Both the position numbers and the translations under genes were made by a program. 64,000 nt of DNA from an uncultured Desulfosarcina sp. (GTDB lineage Bacteria; Desulfobacterota; Desulfobacteria; Desulfobacterales; Desulfosarcinaceae): NCBI GenBank assembly GCA_963674945.2, contig CAXXWQ010000001.1, forward strand, positions 288,001 to 352,000, written 5' to 3'. Of this stretch, positions 27,335 to 41,885 are shown piece after piece (position 1 is the first letter of the stretch; every line of letters starts with the position of its first letter). The notes under the pieces are model-generated. The model made no database searches. It was not told the DNA's origin and was given only the letters and a program-made list of their open reading frames with translations.

Positions 27335-27972
27335 AGTTACCTCCTTACCAATTACCGGTTAATGATTGAGGTTAGATTGTACAGTGGGATGGTGCGTTTT
27401 TCAGGTCAGAGCGCAGATATCCGACCCATAATCAAATTTCTTAGGCCCCCTTTCGGAAAAAATTTTTCTATATATTTTATATCTACAGCGGTAGATAAGA
27501 AGCCATGGTGGGATGCGTGGAGGGTATAGGATGTCGTCACGGCAGATGCGATGTCTGTATTTCATGTTCATGCAACACCTCATCGAGATTGCAATCCTCT
27601 AGCCTGCAGTGTATGACTAAATTTCTGCTTGAAAAACGGCAAGTTGTAGATAGATGACGACTGGACCATTCCGGTCGGGGTCGAGATGGTTTTGTCGCTT
27701 TTCAACGGCGCAAAATCAGGCATATTTCTTATATTGTGCGCTGTTTATTTGTCAATAGATGAGTTCAATAAATCACAATTTTGTACTAAATTCCTTTCAT
27801 AAAAAATATGGGCGCCATGGATCAAAAACCGCCTTTTTGTATAGTTGTCTGTAAACCGGGTGTTTCGTCCCCGGAACCAACCCGAATGATAATGATACGG
27901 CTCTGGCGTGTTTTTGGATATCCAACCGGTAAAACGGATATCCCCCCACGGCGATACATCACATCGTTCACC

Positions 27973-29922
27973 TTACGACCCCTGCCTCCGGGAGTCCAAA
28001 CGCGCTTTCAATCTGGGAAAACGATTCATCTCCGTGTGGGGCAAAAACAGGGCCGCCACATAGCTGTCCATGTACGACGGGGTCTCGGACAGCTCGAAAT
28101 TGGTCATGCTGCGGGTCACCTCCACAACGTCCCGGCGGATGCGATTGGTCAGGCTGCTCATCTTGGCCCCCATCAGGGAGCTGTTGCCGATGAAGGTCAC
28201 CTTGTCCGGATCGATTTCGGGAAGCAGGCCGATCGTCATGGCCTTTTCCAGGTCCACGTAGCTGCCGAAACCGCCGGCCAGAATGATGCGCTCGATATCC
28301 TCCATACCCATCCCCACTTCGGTAAGAAGGGTCATGCATCCGCTGAAAATGGCCCCCTTGGCCCGGATCAGGTTTTCGATATCGATTTCGGTCAAGGCGA
28401 TATCCCGGTCGATCTGGGTTTCGTCTGCCCAGGCCAGCACGTACTCCCACACGCCATTGTCTTCCCGGATACGCTTGGTGGAAAGTTCCCGGTTAAATTT
28501 GCCAAGGTTATCGATCAGGCCCAGTTCGAACATGACGGCGGTCATGATAATGAGCCCCGAACCGCAGATTCCCTTCGGACGGATGTTGCCGATGGTCATG
28601 AGCATGGGTTCCCAGGTGACCGGATCCAGGGAGAAGTCCTCGATGGCACCCCTGGCCGCACGCATGCCGAACTTGATCCCGCCCCCCTCGAAGGCCGGGC
28701 CCGCGCTGCAGGCGGCACATGCCAGCCAGTCCCGGTTGCCGATGACGATCTCCGCATTTGTACCGATGTCCATGAACAGGGTCAGCCGCTCGTCCAGATA
28801 CATTCCCGACCCCATGACGCCGGCCACGATGTCACCCCCCACGTAGCTGGAGACCGCCGGATATACCAGTGCCGTGACGTGTTCGCCCAGCTCCAGCCCC
28901 AGGTCCACCGCCCGAATGGGAGGAAACAGGGTGGATGCCGGCACGTAGGGCGAGCGGCGGATATACCGGGGGTTGATGCGAAGCAAAAGCTGGGTCATGG
29001 TGGTGTTGCCGGCCAGGGTGATGGCAGCGATATCCTCCGTGTCCACCCTGGCGCGGTGGATGATTTTGCCGGTGATGGTGTTGATGGTTTCGGTCACCAC
29101 CTGATGGAGGCGGTCCAGTCCGCCAGCTTTCTCCGCGAAGACGATGCGGCTGATCACGTCCTCGCCGTAGCTGATTTGACCGTTGAACTCGCCGTGTTCG
29201 GAGAGCACCTCACCGCTCTTTAGATCGATGAGCTGGCCATAGATGGTTGTGGTTCCGATGTCCATGGCGATGGCGTAGAGCCGGTCGGTGGTGTCGCCGG
29301 GCTGCACGTTGATGATTTCGTTCTTTCCCGTCTCCATCACCGGACGGGCCAGCGTGGCGGTGACACGAAAACCATCCTTTCGCAAGACGTCGGGAATCTT
29401 GCGGATCACCGGCAGGCTCACCGTCAGTCGTCTTTCACCTTTGTCCAGTTGAAGATGGCTCACCAGCCGGGTAACGTCGGGGAGGTGATCCTGATTGTCC
29501 GGCTCGGGCAGCTCCAGGTAGATCTTTTCCACCGGCGGCAAGAACAGCCCCTGCTCCTTCAACCACTCGAAGTCCATCTGCCGTATGCGGGCCGTACGCC
29601 GTGGGACGGCCGACTGGCGAAGGACGCTGGCGTCAATGGCCGATTCCACCGGAACACGAACGACAACATCCTCGGTGATGGTTGACTTACATGCCAGGCG
29701 AACCCCCTTTTCCCGGTCCGCTTCGCTCACCTGCTCACTCAGTCCTCCCGTCACCCGGCCGCCTTCGATGATTACCCGGCATTTGCCGCATACACCCTCT
29801 CCGCCACACGACGCGTTGATGTGAACGCCGGCCTCCATGGCCGCACGAATCAGGTTCTCGCCGTCTTGGACCGTAACCGTGCGGTTATGAGGGAGAAATG
29901 TGATGGTGTGGGGTAAGGGCAT
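27973..29922 (-). CDS. acsV: ATP-dependent reductive activator of corrinoid proteins (RACo; 2Fe-2S + ASKHA/DUF4445)
   Basis: CGGEGVCGKC, DIGTTT, DIGTNAE, SAGPAFEG, GICGSG, LAGGFG. Confidence 0.93.
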   Translation of the reverse strand: MPLPHTITFLPHNRTVTVQDGENLIRAAMEAGVHINASCGGEGVCGKCRVIIEGGRVTGGLSEQVSEADREKGVRLACKSTITEDVVVRVPVESAIDASVLRQSAVPRRTARIRQMDFEWLKEQGLFLPPVEKIYLELPEPDNQDHLPDVTRLVSHLQLDKGERRLTVSLPVIRKIPDVLRKDGFRVTATLARPVMETGKNEIINVQPGDTTDRLYAIAMDIGTTTIYGQLIDLKSGEVLSEHGEFNGQISYGEDVISRIVFAEKAGGLDRLHQVVTETINTITGKIIHRARVDTEDIAAITLAGNTTMTQLLLRINPRYIRRSPYVPASTLFPPIRAVDLGLELGEHVTALVYPAVSSYVGGDIVAGVMGSGMYLDERLTLFMDIGTNAEIVIGNRDWLACAACSAGPAFEGGGIKFGMRAARGAIEDFSLDPVTWEPMLMTIGNIRPKGICGSGLIIMTAVMFELGLIDNLGKFNRELSTKRIREDNGVWEYVLAWADETQIDRDIALTEIDIENLIRAKGAIFSGCMTLLTEVGMGMEDIERIILAGGFGSYVDLEKAMTIGLLPEIDPDKVTFIGNSSLMGAKMSSLTNRIRRDVVEVTRSMTNFELSETPSYMDSYVAALFLPHTEMNRFPRLKARLDSRRQGS

Positions 29923-30344
29923 GATGTAATCCTTCGGTTATCAGAGACGGCGTTTCCGGGGTTTTTCCAAACCCGAGGGGCAAGGATGATGGTTGGCGCT
30001 TTGCGCTGTCTGAGACCCTTAGGCGGTCCCGGGCAAGTGTATTTTCAAAAATAATACCCTTGGAAACGACATTGCATCTGTGAGCGAATGAGCTGCGTTG
30101 ATGTCCGGCATCCTTAGGGGCGAGTTCGCAAGGCGTCATATATCATTCTGTTCCCGGTAACAAGAATCCAGAAATTTGAATCATTAAGGTCACTGGTTTG
30201 CTTGTACCGGGGACCCTGCTCGTCATTCAACTGAGCGAATATTCATAACCGGTTGTGGATTTTTAATCAAGTAAAAGTGGCGAAAATACCGTGGCAGCTC
30301 ATTTTTTCAAAATCAATTCAATTTTTTACAATACGGTCAACGTG

Positions 30345-30371
30345 TTGACAATACCGACGATGTGCTATAAA
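30345..30371 (+). promoter_or_regulatory. Sigma-70-like promoter of the TRAP operon with an overlapping palindrome
   Basis: TTGACA at 30345 and TGcTATAAA at 30363-30371 (short spacer); GTCAAC-GT-GTTGAC at 30336-30349. Confidence 0.45.
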
Positions 30372-30481
30372 AATTGATACATCCATTGTGAACCATGGTT
30401 TGCAAAAACCGAGCATTCAGAAACTGAATTCGGTTTTACAACCGGCCTTTCCATGCAGTCCAAACCATCCGGACGGTGTTC

Positions 30482-31015
30482 ATGAATACAATCCTTCGGT
30501 TTTTTTGCGATACCATCGATCGAATCAACGAAGCGGTGGGGAAAATGGTGTCATGGGTAACCTTGCTGCTCGTAACAGTGGTATTCGTCGATGTGGTCAT
30601 GCGGTACCTGTTCAAGACCAGCTTCGTGTTTACACAGGAGTTGGAGTGGCACCTGTTCGCCTTTATCTTCCTGATCGGTGCCGGCTACACCTTGCTGCAT
30701 GACGGCCATGTGCGGGTGGACATCATCTACCAGCGCCTTTCCACCAGGGGCCGGGCATGGGTGAATTTGATCGGCGTCATCTTCTTTTTGATTCCCGGGT
30801 GCTATCTGGTTATCGTAACCTCTTGGAAGTTCGTAGGCAACTCTTTTTCCATGATGGAGGGATCGCCGGATCCGGGAGGCATTCCCTATCGGTTCATCGT
30901 CAAGGGGACCATGACCGTCGGGTATGTTCTGTTATTGTTACAGGGACTTTCCTTGGGCATCCACGCCCTCTTACAGATCATCGGTGTCGAATCGGAAGAG
31001 GAGAAAAAAGCCTGA
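30482..31015 (+). CDS. TRAP transporter small permease (DctQ family)
   Basis: Four TM helices, QELEWHLF, GHVRVDI, SPDPGG. Confidence 0.93.
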   Translation: MNTILRFFCDTIDRINEAVGKMVSWVTLLLVTVVFVDVVMRYLFKTSFVFTQELEWHLFAFIFLIGAGYTLLHDGHVRVDIIYQRLSTRGRAWVNLIGVIFFLIPGCYLVIVTSWKFVGNSFSMMEGSPDPGGIPYRFIVKGTMTVGYVLLLLQGLSLGIHALLQIIGVESEEEKKA

Positions 31016-32340
31016 TGGAGTACTTGCCCGGTTGGATGTTTCTGGCCCTGACGATCTTGCTGATGGCCGGTTTCCCAGTTACCTTCACCCTCATGGGAAC
31101 CGCTCTTTGCTTTGGCCTCATCGGCTTCGGGTGGTCCTTTTTCAATCTGCTGCCCCTTCGGATATGGGGGGTGATGACCAACGTCACCCTCATTGCCGTT
31201 CCGTTGTTCGTCTTCATGGGCGTTATGCTGGAGCGTTCCGGTCTTGCCGAGGACCTGCTGGACACCATGGGACTGTTGTTCGGACGTCTGCGCGGCGGCA
31301 TTGCCATTTCGGTCGTGGTCGTGGGTGCCCTTCTGGGCGCTTCCACCGGGATCGTAGGGGCAACGGTGGTGACCATGGGGCTTCTGGCCGTTCCCACCAT
31401 GCTTCGTCGCGGCTACCAGAAGGAATTGGCCACCGGTACCGTCTCGGCTTCCGGCACATTGGGCCAAATCATTCCGCCGAGCATCGTGTTGGTGCTGATC
31501 GGCGACATCGTCGGTGTCTCCGTGGGGGATCTGTTCATGGGGGCCGTCTTGCCGGGATTCTTGCTGGTGGGACTGTTCATCCTCTACATCATCATCATCT
31601 CCCTTATTCGCCCAAAATGGGCACCGGCGATCCCCCGAGGGGAACTGGCCGCCATTTCTCCCCGCCAGTTGGCGGTTCGCGTGGGAAAGGCACTGGTTCC
31701 TCCGCTTTTTCTCATGGTAGCCGTGCTGGGATCCATCTTCGCCGGTATCGCCTCACCCACCGAAGCGGCTGCCGTGGGTGCCGTTGGGGCAACGGCACTG
31801 ACCGTCGTCAACAAAAAATTCTCCATGAAAATTCTCCACGAGGTGATGGAGACCACCGTTCGTCTCACCTGTATGGTCTTCATCATCCTGTGCGGCGCCG
31901 CCTCTTTTGGATTGGTGTTCAGAGGACTGGGCGGCGATGGGATGGTGCGGCATTTTCTGTGGTGGATTGCCCATACCTACAGCCATAACATGGTCCTGGC
32001 CATTGTCATGGGGCTGATCTTCGTCATCGGGTTTTTCCTGGATTTCATCGAGATCACCTTCATCCACGTGCCGGTGCTGGCTCCCATCATGATCGAATTC
32101 GGATACGACCCCGTGTGGTTCTGTATCCTGATCGCCGTAAATCTGCAGACATCGTTCATGACGCCGCCTTTCGGCTTCTCCCTTTTCTATCTAAAGGCGG
32201 TGACGCCGCCGGAGATTTCCACCGGCCATATTTACCGGGGCATCATCCCCTTTGTCCTCGTACAGATCATCGGCCTGGCCATCGTGGTCATGTTCCCCCA
32301 GTTGGCCACCTGGCTGCCGAAGGTGGTATTCGGACAGTAA
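31015..32340 (+). CDS. TRAP transporter large permease (DctM family)
   Basis: AVPLFVFMG, GTLGQIIPPS, TSFMTPPFG; ATG overlaps the dctQ stop. Confidence 0.95.
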   Translation: MEYLPGWMFLALTILLMAGFPVTFTLMGTALCFGLIGFGWSFFNLLPLRIWGVMTNVTLIAVPLFVFMGVMLERSGLAEDLLDTMGLLFGRLRGGIAISVVVVGALLGASTGIVGATVVTMGLLAVPTMLRRGYQKELATGTVSASGTLGQIIPPSIVLVLIGDIVGVSVGDLFMGAVLPGFLLVGLFILYIIIISLIRPKWAPAIPRGELAAISPRQLAVRVGKALVPPLFLMVAVLGSIFAGIASPTEAAAVGAVGATALTVVNKKFSMKILHEVMETTVRLTCMVFIILCGAASFGLVFRGLGGDGMVRHFLWWIAHTYSHNMVLAIVMGLIFVIGFFLDFIEITFIHVPVLAPIMIEFGYDPVWFCILIAVNLQTSFMTPPFGFSLFYLKAVTPPEISTGHIYRGIIPFVLVQIIGLAIVVMFPQLATWLPKVVFGQ

Positions 32341-32483
32341 GGCTTGGGCGTTACATTTACGATCCGATCCACCGATAAACGGGTTCGCGTCTGAAATGCG
32401 CAGATTCCCATATTGGGTTTATCCGTGTCTGGCACTATAGGTTGTTCCCATCACCCCATCATTTAACCAAGGAGGTGCGATCG

Positions 32484-33626
32484 ATGAAAAGAAGAGAGTT
32501 CCTGAAAAAAGCAGGTGTCGGTGCTGCTGCAGCTGCTGCGGCCACGGCAGGGGTAATCGGCTGCTCAAAAAAGGAGGAAGAGGCAAAGGTTGAGGCTCCG
32601 GCGGTCGTAACGAAAAAGACATACAATTGGAAAATGGTGACCACCTGGCCGCCCAAATTGCCGGTTCTCCAGGACGGATGCGAGCGATTGGCGAAACGAA
32701 TCGAGGAACTCTCCGATGGGAGAATCAAGATTCAGGTCTTCGCCGCCGGTGAACTGGTGCCGGCCCTCGAAAGCTTCCAGTCGGTATCCGACGGCACCGT
32801 GGAGGTGGGAGGCGGTGCCGCGTACTACTGGGCGGGCAAGGAGCCCGCCACCCAGTGGTTTTCCGCCGTTCCCTTCGGCATGAACGGCCAGGGCATGAGT
32901 GCATGGTTCCATGGCGGCGACGGATTGAAGTTGTGGGAGGAGACCTATGCGCCTTTCAACCTGGTGCCCCGTCCAGGTGGTTCCACCGGCGTTCAGATGG
33001 GCGGCTGGTTCAACAAGAAGATCAACACCATCGACGATTTCAAGGGATTGAAAATGAGGATTCCGGGTCTCGGCGGCAAGGTGGTGGCCAAGGCCGGCGG
33101 CACGGTCGTACTGCTTCCCGGTGGTGAGATCTTCACTTCCCTGGAGCGCGGCGTCATCGATGCCACCGAGTGGGTGGGCCCCCTGCACGACCTTCGCATG
33201 GGTTTTTACCAGGCCGCCAAGTACTACTACTATCCCGGATGGCACGAACCGGGCACCTACCTGGAGTTTTTCTTCAACAAGAAGATCTACGAAGGCCTGC
33301 CCAAGGACCTGCAGCAGATCATCGATGCCGCCTGCGTCGAAAACGAGCATTGGACCCTGGCCCAGTTCGACGCCCAGAACGGTCAGGCCCTGCAGACGTT
33401 GATCAACGAGAAGAAGGTGGAGCTGGTCCAGTTTCCAGATCAGGTCCTTTCAGATCTTCGAAAACTTGCAGACGAAGTGGTGGCTGAGGAGGCGGCAAAG
33501 ACCCCCATCGCCACGAAGGTCAACAACGCTTTCAGGGAATTCCAGAAGATCGTCGGTACCTGGGGCAGCGTTTCCGAGAAGGCCTACTATGACATCATTC
33601 AACCCAAATTTTCCCTGAAAGGGTAG
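32484..33626 (+). CDS. TRAP substrate-binding protein (DctP/TakP-like), Tat signal with lipobox
   Basis: MKRREFLKK...VIGC; QMGGWF, GLKMRIPGLGG, YYYPGWHEPG. Confidence 0.93.
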   Translation: MKRREFLKKAGVGAAAAAAATAGVIGCSKKEEEAKVEAPAVVTKKTYNWKMVTTWPPKLPVLQDGCERLAKRIEELSDGRIKIQVFAAGELVPALESFQSVSDGTVEVGGGAAYYWAGKEPATQWFSAVPFGMNGQGMSAWFHGGDGLKLWEETYAPFNLVPRPGGSTGVQMGGWFNKKINTIDDFKGLKMRIPGLGGKVVAKAGGTVVLLPGGEIFTSLERGVIDATEWVGPLHDLRMGFYQAAKYYYYPGWHEPGTYLEFFFNKKIYEGLPKDLQQIIDAACVENEHWTLAQFDAQNGQALQTLINEKKVELVQFPDQVLSDLRKLADEVVAEEAAKTPIATKVNNAFREFQKIVGTWGSVSEKAYYDIIQPKFSLKG

Positions 33627-33643
33627 TTTTCTGTGGATTTGAA

Positions 33644-33729
33644 AACGATGGACGAAGGATGCGGGATGAGTGACGATAGAGAACCTACTTCTTTTCGTCT
33701 CTCTGCCGTCGTCCTTCGTCCCTCATTTT
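33644..33729. repeat. Inverted arrays of degenerate heptamers
   Basis: AACGATG/GACGAAG/GATGCGG/GATGAGT/GACGATA followed by TCGTCTC...TCGTCCT/TCGTCCC. Confidence 0.55.
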
Positions 33730-33851
33730 CCCATAACACCAAATTAATACCGAACGCGGTTTCTTTTGGCTATGGCGAATACCGGGTGGACACTGGATGT
33801 GAAAAGTTGTATCATTATTTTCTTTCATAAACCACGGCCATTGATATAAAA

Positions 33852-34181
33852 ATGAGAACAACACCAGACCAGCGCCGTTTCCCCCGGCGCGCCGCCTTTA
33901 TTATCGCCAAATACACCGTCGAAGAAGGGACGTTTCGGGATATTATCAAGAACATCGGTGCCACGGGCGTCTACATTGGTACCTGGCGGCGTATCAGGCA
34001 GGGACAGCCCATCATACTCGAATTTCCGGTCTTCGAATTCGAACAGGTAATGCAGGTGGCGGGTACGGTGGTTCGCAGCGATGTCAACAAGGGCTTTTCC
34101 GTCCTGTTCGATCGACCCATCGAAGGCTTGATTTGCAAAAAGGGATATTTCCCGGAAATCGTACATGAGAGCGAGCGGTGA
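33852..34181 (+). CDS. PilZ-domain protein
   Basis: QRRFPR (RxxxR) and NIGATG (D/NxSxxG variant). Confidence 0.8.
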   Translation: MRTTPDQRRFPRRAAFIIAKYTVEEGTFRDIIKNIGATGVYIGTWRRIRQGQPIILEFPVFEFEQVMQVAGTVVRSDVNKGFSVLFDRPIEGLICKKGYFPEIVHESER

Positions 34182-34200
34182 GAAAAAATTCTCACATGCA

Positions 34201-34917
34201 TCAAATAACGGGGGCGTCCCTTGGAGAAGAGCAGGAGGCGGTGTCCGATGAATGGTCGAAGGGCCCTCCGATATACCGCCACCCCGAATCAAGCATTAAA
34301 AGTCGGTGAAGCTGGCCGCGAATCGTCAAATCACCGGTTTCGTATGCGACATCATCCTGATAGAGCGTACATGCACCGTCGGGAAGGGGAACGTATCGGG
34401 GTTTGAAATGAATCGGTGGTGCGGTTCGAAAAAAAGCCAGCAAATTATCCGCCGTCTTCAATGATGCGGCCCAGGACAGCAATACGAACGCCGGGGGGGA
34501 CAGCCGAATTTTTCCCTTTTGATGTGCCGTCAAGGCGGAATCAGCCATAACCCACTGAAAATTTATAATTTCACGTCCGTCCACCTGAACGGCGGGACGG
34601 TCGGTGACCCGGGAGAGATAAAATTGCGTGTCGAATCGCCTGGGCATTCCTTCGGGCGTCTCCCATCGAGCCATCCGCGTCAAGGTCGCCGGATCGAGTT
34701 TTATACGCGACTCCTCTTTGGTTTCCCGAACGGCACATTTGCGAAGGGCGCTTTCTTTGCCCTCGTATGCGACATCGCCTTTTGACACCCTACCGCCGGG
34801 AAACACCCAAACATTTCCCTGAAACGAGAGTTCCGGGCTTCGAAGCACCAGCAAGAATTCCGGCAGCCGCTGCCCTGTGTTCATGATCATTACCGTGGCT
34901 GCAGAAATAAGAGGCAT
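34201..34917 (-). CDS. NUDIX hydrolase (NUDT19-like)
   Basis: VFPGGRV...AVRETKEES, W.TP...RRFDT.F, L.PP. Confidence 0.88.
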   Translation of the reverse strand: MPLISAATVMIMNTGQRLPEFLLVLRSPELSFQGNVWVFPGGRVSKGDVAYEGKESALRKCAVRETKEESRIKLDPATLTRMARWETPEGMPRRFDTQFYLSRVTDRPAVQVDGREIINFQWVMADSALTAHQKGKIRLSPPAFVLLSWAASLKTADNLLAFFRTAPPIHFKPRYVPLPDGACTLYQDDVAYETGDLTIRGQLHRLLMLDSGWRYIGGPFDHSSDTASCSSPRDAPVI

Positions 34918-34941
34918 TGGGTTTCCCTGATTAAGACGGCT

Positions 34942-36690
34942 TCATATTTTAAATTGCAGGACCAGTTGTCTGAGATTTTCGGATACCTGAAAAAGGGTAT
35001 GGGCACTCTCGTTTACCTGGTCGCCACTTACTGACATTTCGGACATGGAGCCGCTGACACCGGAGATCTCCTTGGAGATCTCCAGGGAAACGGCCGAACT
35101 TTGATTGACGTTCTCGTTGACCTCCTGGATACCCACGGATGCCTGGGACACGTTGTTCGAGATCTCCCTTGTGGTCGCCGACTGTTCCTCCACCGCCGTC
35201 GCGATGATGGCCACCACCTCGTTGATATCGGCAATGACCTGGGTGACCTCGGTAATCTGAGAAACGGTCATGTTGGTGGTCCCTTGGATTCCCTCGATTT
35301 TTTCCTTGATGTCTCCCGTGGCGGCAGCGGTCTGTTTTGCCAGTTCCTTGATTTCGTTGGCCACTACGGCAAACCCCTTACCGGCCTCACCGGCCCTGGC
35401 CGCCTCGATGGTGGCGTTCAATGCCAGCAGGTTAACCTGCTCGCTGATATCGGTGATGGTCTCGATCACCTTCCCGATGGCGTTTGCCGCCGCACCCAGT
35501 TGATCCATGTTGGAAGAAGCATCGGTGGCCCTATCCGCCGCGTTTCTGGAAATACCACGGGCTTTTTCCGTGTTTTTGGCGATCTCATCGATGGTCGCCG
35601 ACATCTCTTCCGATGCGGATGCCACCATGGTGATGTTTGTGGCGGACTGCTCCATGGCTGCTGCCACATTGTTCATGTTGGTGCTCATCTCCTCGGCGGC
35701 GGCGGAGACGGTGTTGGATTTACCCGTCACTTCTTCGATACCCTGGGCCATCTGCTGGGATATGGCAGACAACTGGGAGGACGATGAAGTGAGTGTCTCC
35801 ACGCCATTGGATATCTTTCGGATCATCGACTGCAGTTTTTTCATAATTGTGTTGAACAATGTGGCCAGTTTGGCAATTTCGTCCTTGGATTCGATCTCTA
35901 TTCGTTTTGTCAGATCTCCTTCCCCCTCGGCGATGTCCTGGAAATTGACGAGCAGCGCATTGAGTTCCCGAACGATACCAACGGCAATGAACAGGCACAA
36001 AGCGATGATGGCGGCAAAAATGATGCCGGAAACCATTATCATGGTGGTGGTGCTTTGGTTTACCGAAGCGGAGATCTCTTGTGCCATCTGTTCCTGATAG
36101 GCTTCGATATTGTCGATATACACGCCGGTTCCGATCCACATGTTCGTTCCCTTGATCATTTCGGCATAGGATAACTTGGGTTGGTCGCCGGCACCGGGTT
36201 TGGGCCATATATACCGAACGAATCCGCCTCCGTTTTGCGCCGTATCCCGCAACTTTTGGATCACCTTTACGCCGTTTGGATCCGTTATACCGCCCAGGTC
36301 TTTGCCGACGCTCTCCTTTTTCACGGGGAAAGCCACCGCTACCGTTCCTTCATAAACAAAGATGTAGCCGGAACGGTCCTCTTCGTAAATGACGGTATCG
36401 ACGAGGTCCCGAACGATGTCTTTGACCTGTTTCTCGTCGTTTATCCCCGAGATGGCCGCTTCGACCATTCGGGCAGCGGCATGGGTAGCCAATTGGATGC
36501 GGGCCTTCTGATCATCGAGCATTTTGTTTCCGATCTTTTGAATACTGAGCCCTTTAATGCCGTTGCTGTTTCCGACGGAAAACATGACCATGGTGACGAA
36601 CAGAAGAAAAATCGAGACAATGATCGTATAGATTCTTCCTTTTACCGAGAGTCTTTTTAACATGATGTTCCTCAGGCTTTTTATGTTCAT
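34942..36690 (-). CDS. Methyl-accepting chemotaxis protein (Cache + HAMP)
   Basis: Two TM helices flanking a Cache domain (Y.WPKPG), [28 protein letters not shown]. Confidence 0.96.
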   Translation of the reverse strand: MNIKSLRNIMLKRLSVKGRIYTIIVSIFLLFVTMVMFSVGNSNGIKGLSIQKIGNKMLDDQKARIQLATHAAARMVEAAISGINDEKQVKDIVRDLVDTVIYEEDRSGYIFVYEGTVAVAFPVKKESVGKDLGGITDPNGVKVIQKLRDTAQNGGGFVRYIWPKPGAGDQPKLSYAEMIKGTNMWIGTGVYIDNIEAYQEQMAQEISASVNQSTTTMIMVSGIIFAAIIALCLFIAVGIVRELNALLVNFQDIAEGEGDLTKRIEIESKDEIAKLATLFNTIMKKLQSMIRKISNGVETLTSSSSQLSAISQQMAQGIEEVTGKSNTVSAAAEEMSTNMNNVAAAMEQSATNITMVASASEEMSATIDEIAKNTEKARGISRNAADRATDASSNMDQLGAAANAIGKVIETITDISEQVNLLALNATIEAARAGEAGKGFAVVANEIKELAKQTAAATGDIKEKIEGIQGTTNMTVSQITEVTQVIADINEVVAIIATAVEEQSATTREISNNVSQASVGIQEVNENVNQSSAVSLEISKEISGVSGSMSEMSVSGDQVNESAHTLFQVSENLRQLVLQFKI

Positions 36691-36884
36691 CCAATCTGAT
36701 ATCGATTTTCTGTTTAAGAAAATTTTGTTTCATAGACGATGTCTATGCGCTTCCTTTTTTCATTATCGACAGTGAATGATATTTTGATAAGATGATCATA
36801 AAAAAAGACGATGAAAAACAAGGATGGGTCGTTACCCATTGAATTGCACATCCATCCGTTGAGGCTTCGACGCTTGAGAGTGAT

Positions 36885-36920
36885 CCTTCCATGGCTGTTT
36901 GACCTTACAGCCATGGAAGG
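36885..36920. terminator. Stem-loop downstream of pyrG
   Basis: CCTTCCATGGCTGT-N8-ACAGCCATGGAAGG; no clear U-tract. Confidence 0.45.
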
Positions 36921-36970
36921 TGATTTCAAGGCGAACTTCTCGGAAAGGTTCGCACTTGGTGTGGAACCTT

Positions 36971-38635
<1,665 letters not shown>

Positions 38636-38762
38636 TCAGCTTGGTTGAAATTGGCAGTTCGTAAAAAGCGTTTCCAGACCAAAGACGGCCAAACAACGAT
38701 ATATTAAAAAACTCATTTTCCCGTTTTTAGCGCGTAACAATCGATGCTACCGGAAAAACCGG

Positions 38763-40941
<2,179 letters not shown>

Positions 40942-41165
40942 TTATATTGCGCATTACTCACCATCCACGCCGGCAAGGCGCGAAAAATTTAATTTTATCC
41001 TTTTATGATAAAGGTTTATGGGAATGACCGTATCCCCCGAAAGAGTGGCCAGTTGATACTTGACAATTAAAAAGCAAATGTTACTCTCGTTGTCAGCCGA
41101 TGTCAACAATCGGCAGGGCAATCGCCTGCGTAGCCGTATCTGATGTCCATTTCGGAAAATAATTG

Positions 41166-41245
41166 TCGCAGGCATGGCCAGTTCCTGCGGAAAGAAGCGC
41201 ATCGTCAATCCGTTTTGGGGGTGTAGGAGCGGGCCATGCCCGCGA
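41166..41245. repeat. Inverted pair of GTAG-type REP sequences
   Basis: GTAGGAGCGGGCCATGCCCGCGA at 41223-41245 and degenerate inverse TCGCAGGCATGGCCAGTTCCTGC at 41166-41188. Confidence 0.65.
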
Positions 41246-41330
41246 AAAAATATATAATCGATCCAGATGCGGTTGCCCTGGGGCAATCGCATCTGGCATC
41301 CTTTAATGGCAATTCAAGGAAACCATTGTC

Positions 41331-41738
41331 ATGAAACCAAGCGACCTATATTCCATGGCCCATCTCTTTGTATCGGCGGTGCGGATTTTGGACCACAAAG
41401 AGGGAGCACCACCTTCCCTGTCGGACCTTTGCGAACTACTCGGTTTTTCCGATGAGAAGGGAAGCTATCTGCTCAACCGACTCAAAGAGTGTGGAATCGT
41501 CGACACGGTGAAAAGCGGCTTCAGCGACAGAATTATCCTCTCCGACCACCTGGCCATTGAGAAATTGCCCCGGGACCAGGAGGAGAGCCGCCTTGAAAAG
41601 GAACTGAAGAAGTTCAAGGAGGGAAAGGACACCATGAAGGACAAGGTGGCCTCCATCAAGGCGCAGCAGGCGCAAAAGAAACAGGAACTGTTCGCCGACA
41701 TTCAGAAAAAACTCAAGGAAAAGATGGAGAAAAAGTAG
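41331..41738 (+). CDS. Hypothetical protein (winged-helix-like N-terminus, Lys/Glu coiled-coil tail)
   Basis: PPSLSDLCELLG...LLNRLKECGIV; AAGGA RBS. Confidence 0.75.
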   Translation: MKPSDLYSMAHLFVSAVRILDHKEGAPPSLSDLCELLGFSDEKGSYLLNRLKECGIVDTVKSGFSDRIILSDHLAIEKLPRDQEESRLEKELKKFKEGKDTMKDKVASIKAQQAQKKQELFADIQKKLKEKMEKK

Positions 41739-41745
41739 AATTTCG

Positions 41746-41870
41746 GACGGCTTCGTAAAAAGTTCGAGATCAAGGCTTGCAAAGCCTGAGGAATGAGGCG
41801 TATGTTTGGATACGTCGCAGTGACGAGGGCTGAAGCGTAACGCAGATATCGGACTTTTTACGAAGCCGTC
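41746..41870. repeat. MITE-like palindromic element, subfamily B, full length
   Basis: 18-bp perfect terminal inverted repeats GACGGCTTCGTAAAAAGT...ACTTTTTACGAAGCCGTC. Confidence 0.85.
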
Positions 41871-41885
41871 AAGGTTGGGTCGATC

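Noticed and set aside
19889..27529. Very long plus-strand ORFs (471, 723, 721, 534 aa) opposite the acs genes
   Set aside because: Antisense shadows of strongly codon-biased genes; no motifs; the minus-strand products are unambiguous.
27730..27805. Rex-like operator upstream of acsD
   Set aside because: Only half-sites (TTGTG, TCACAA) without correct palindromic spacing.
29923..30300. Possible cobalamin or c-di-GMP riboswitch upstream of acsV
   Set aside because: No B12 box or complete GEMM architecture found by eye; an Rfam scan would settle it.
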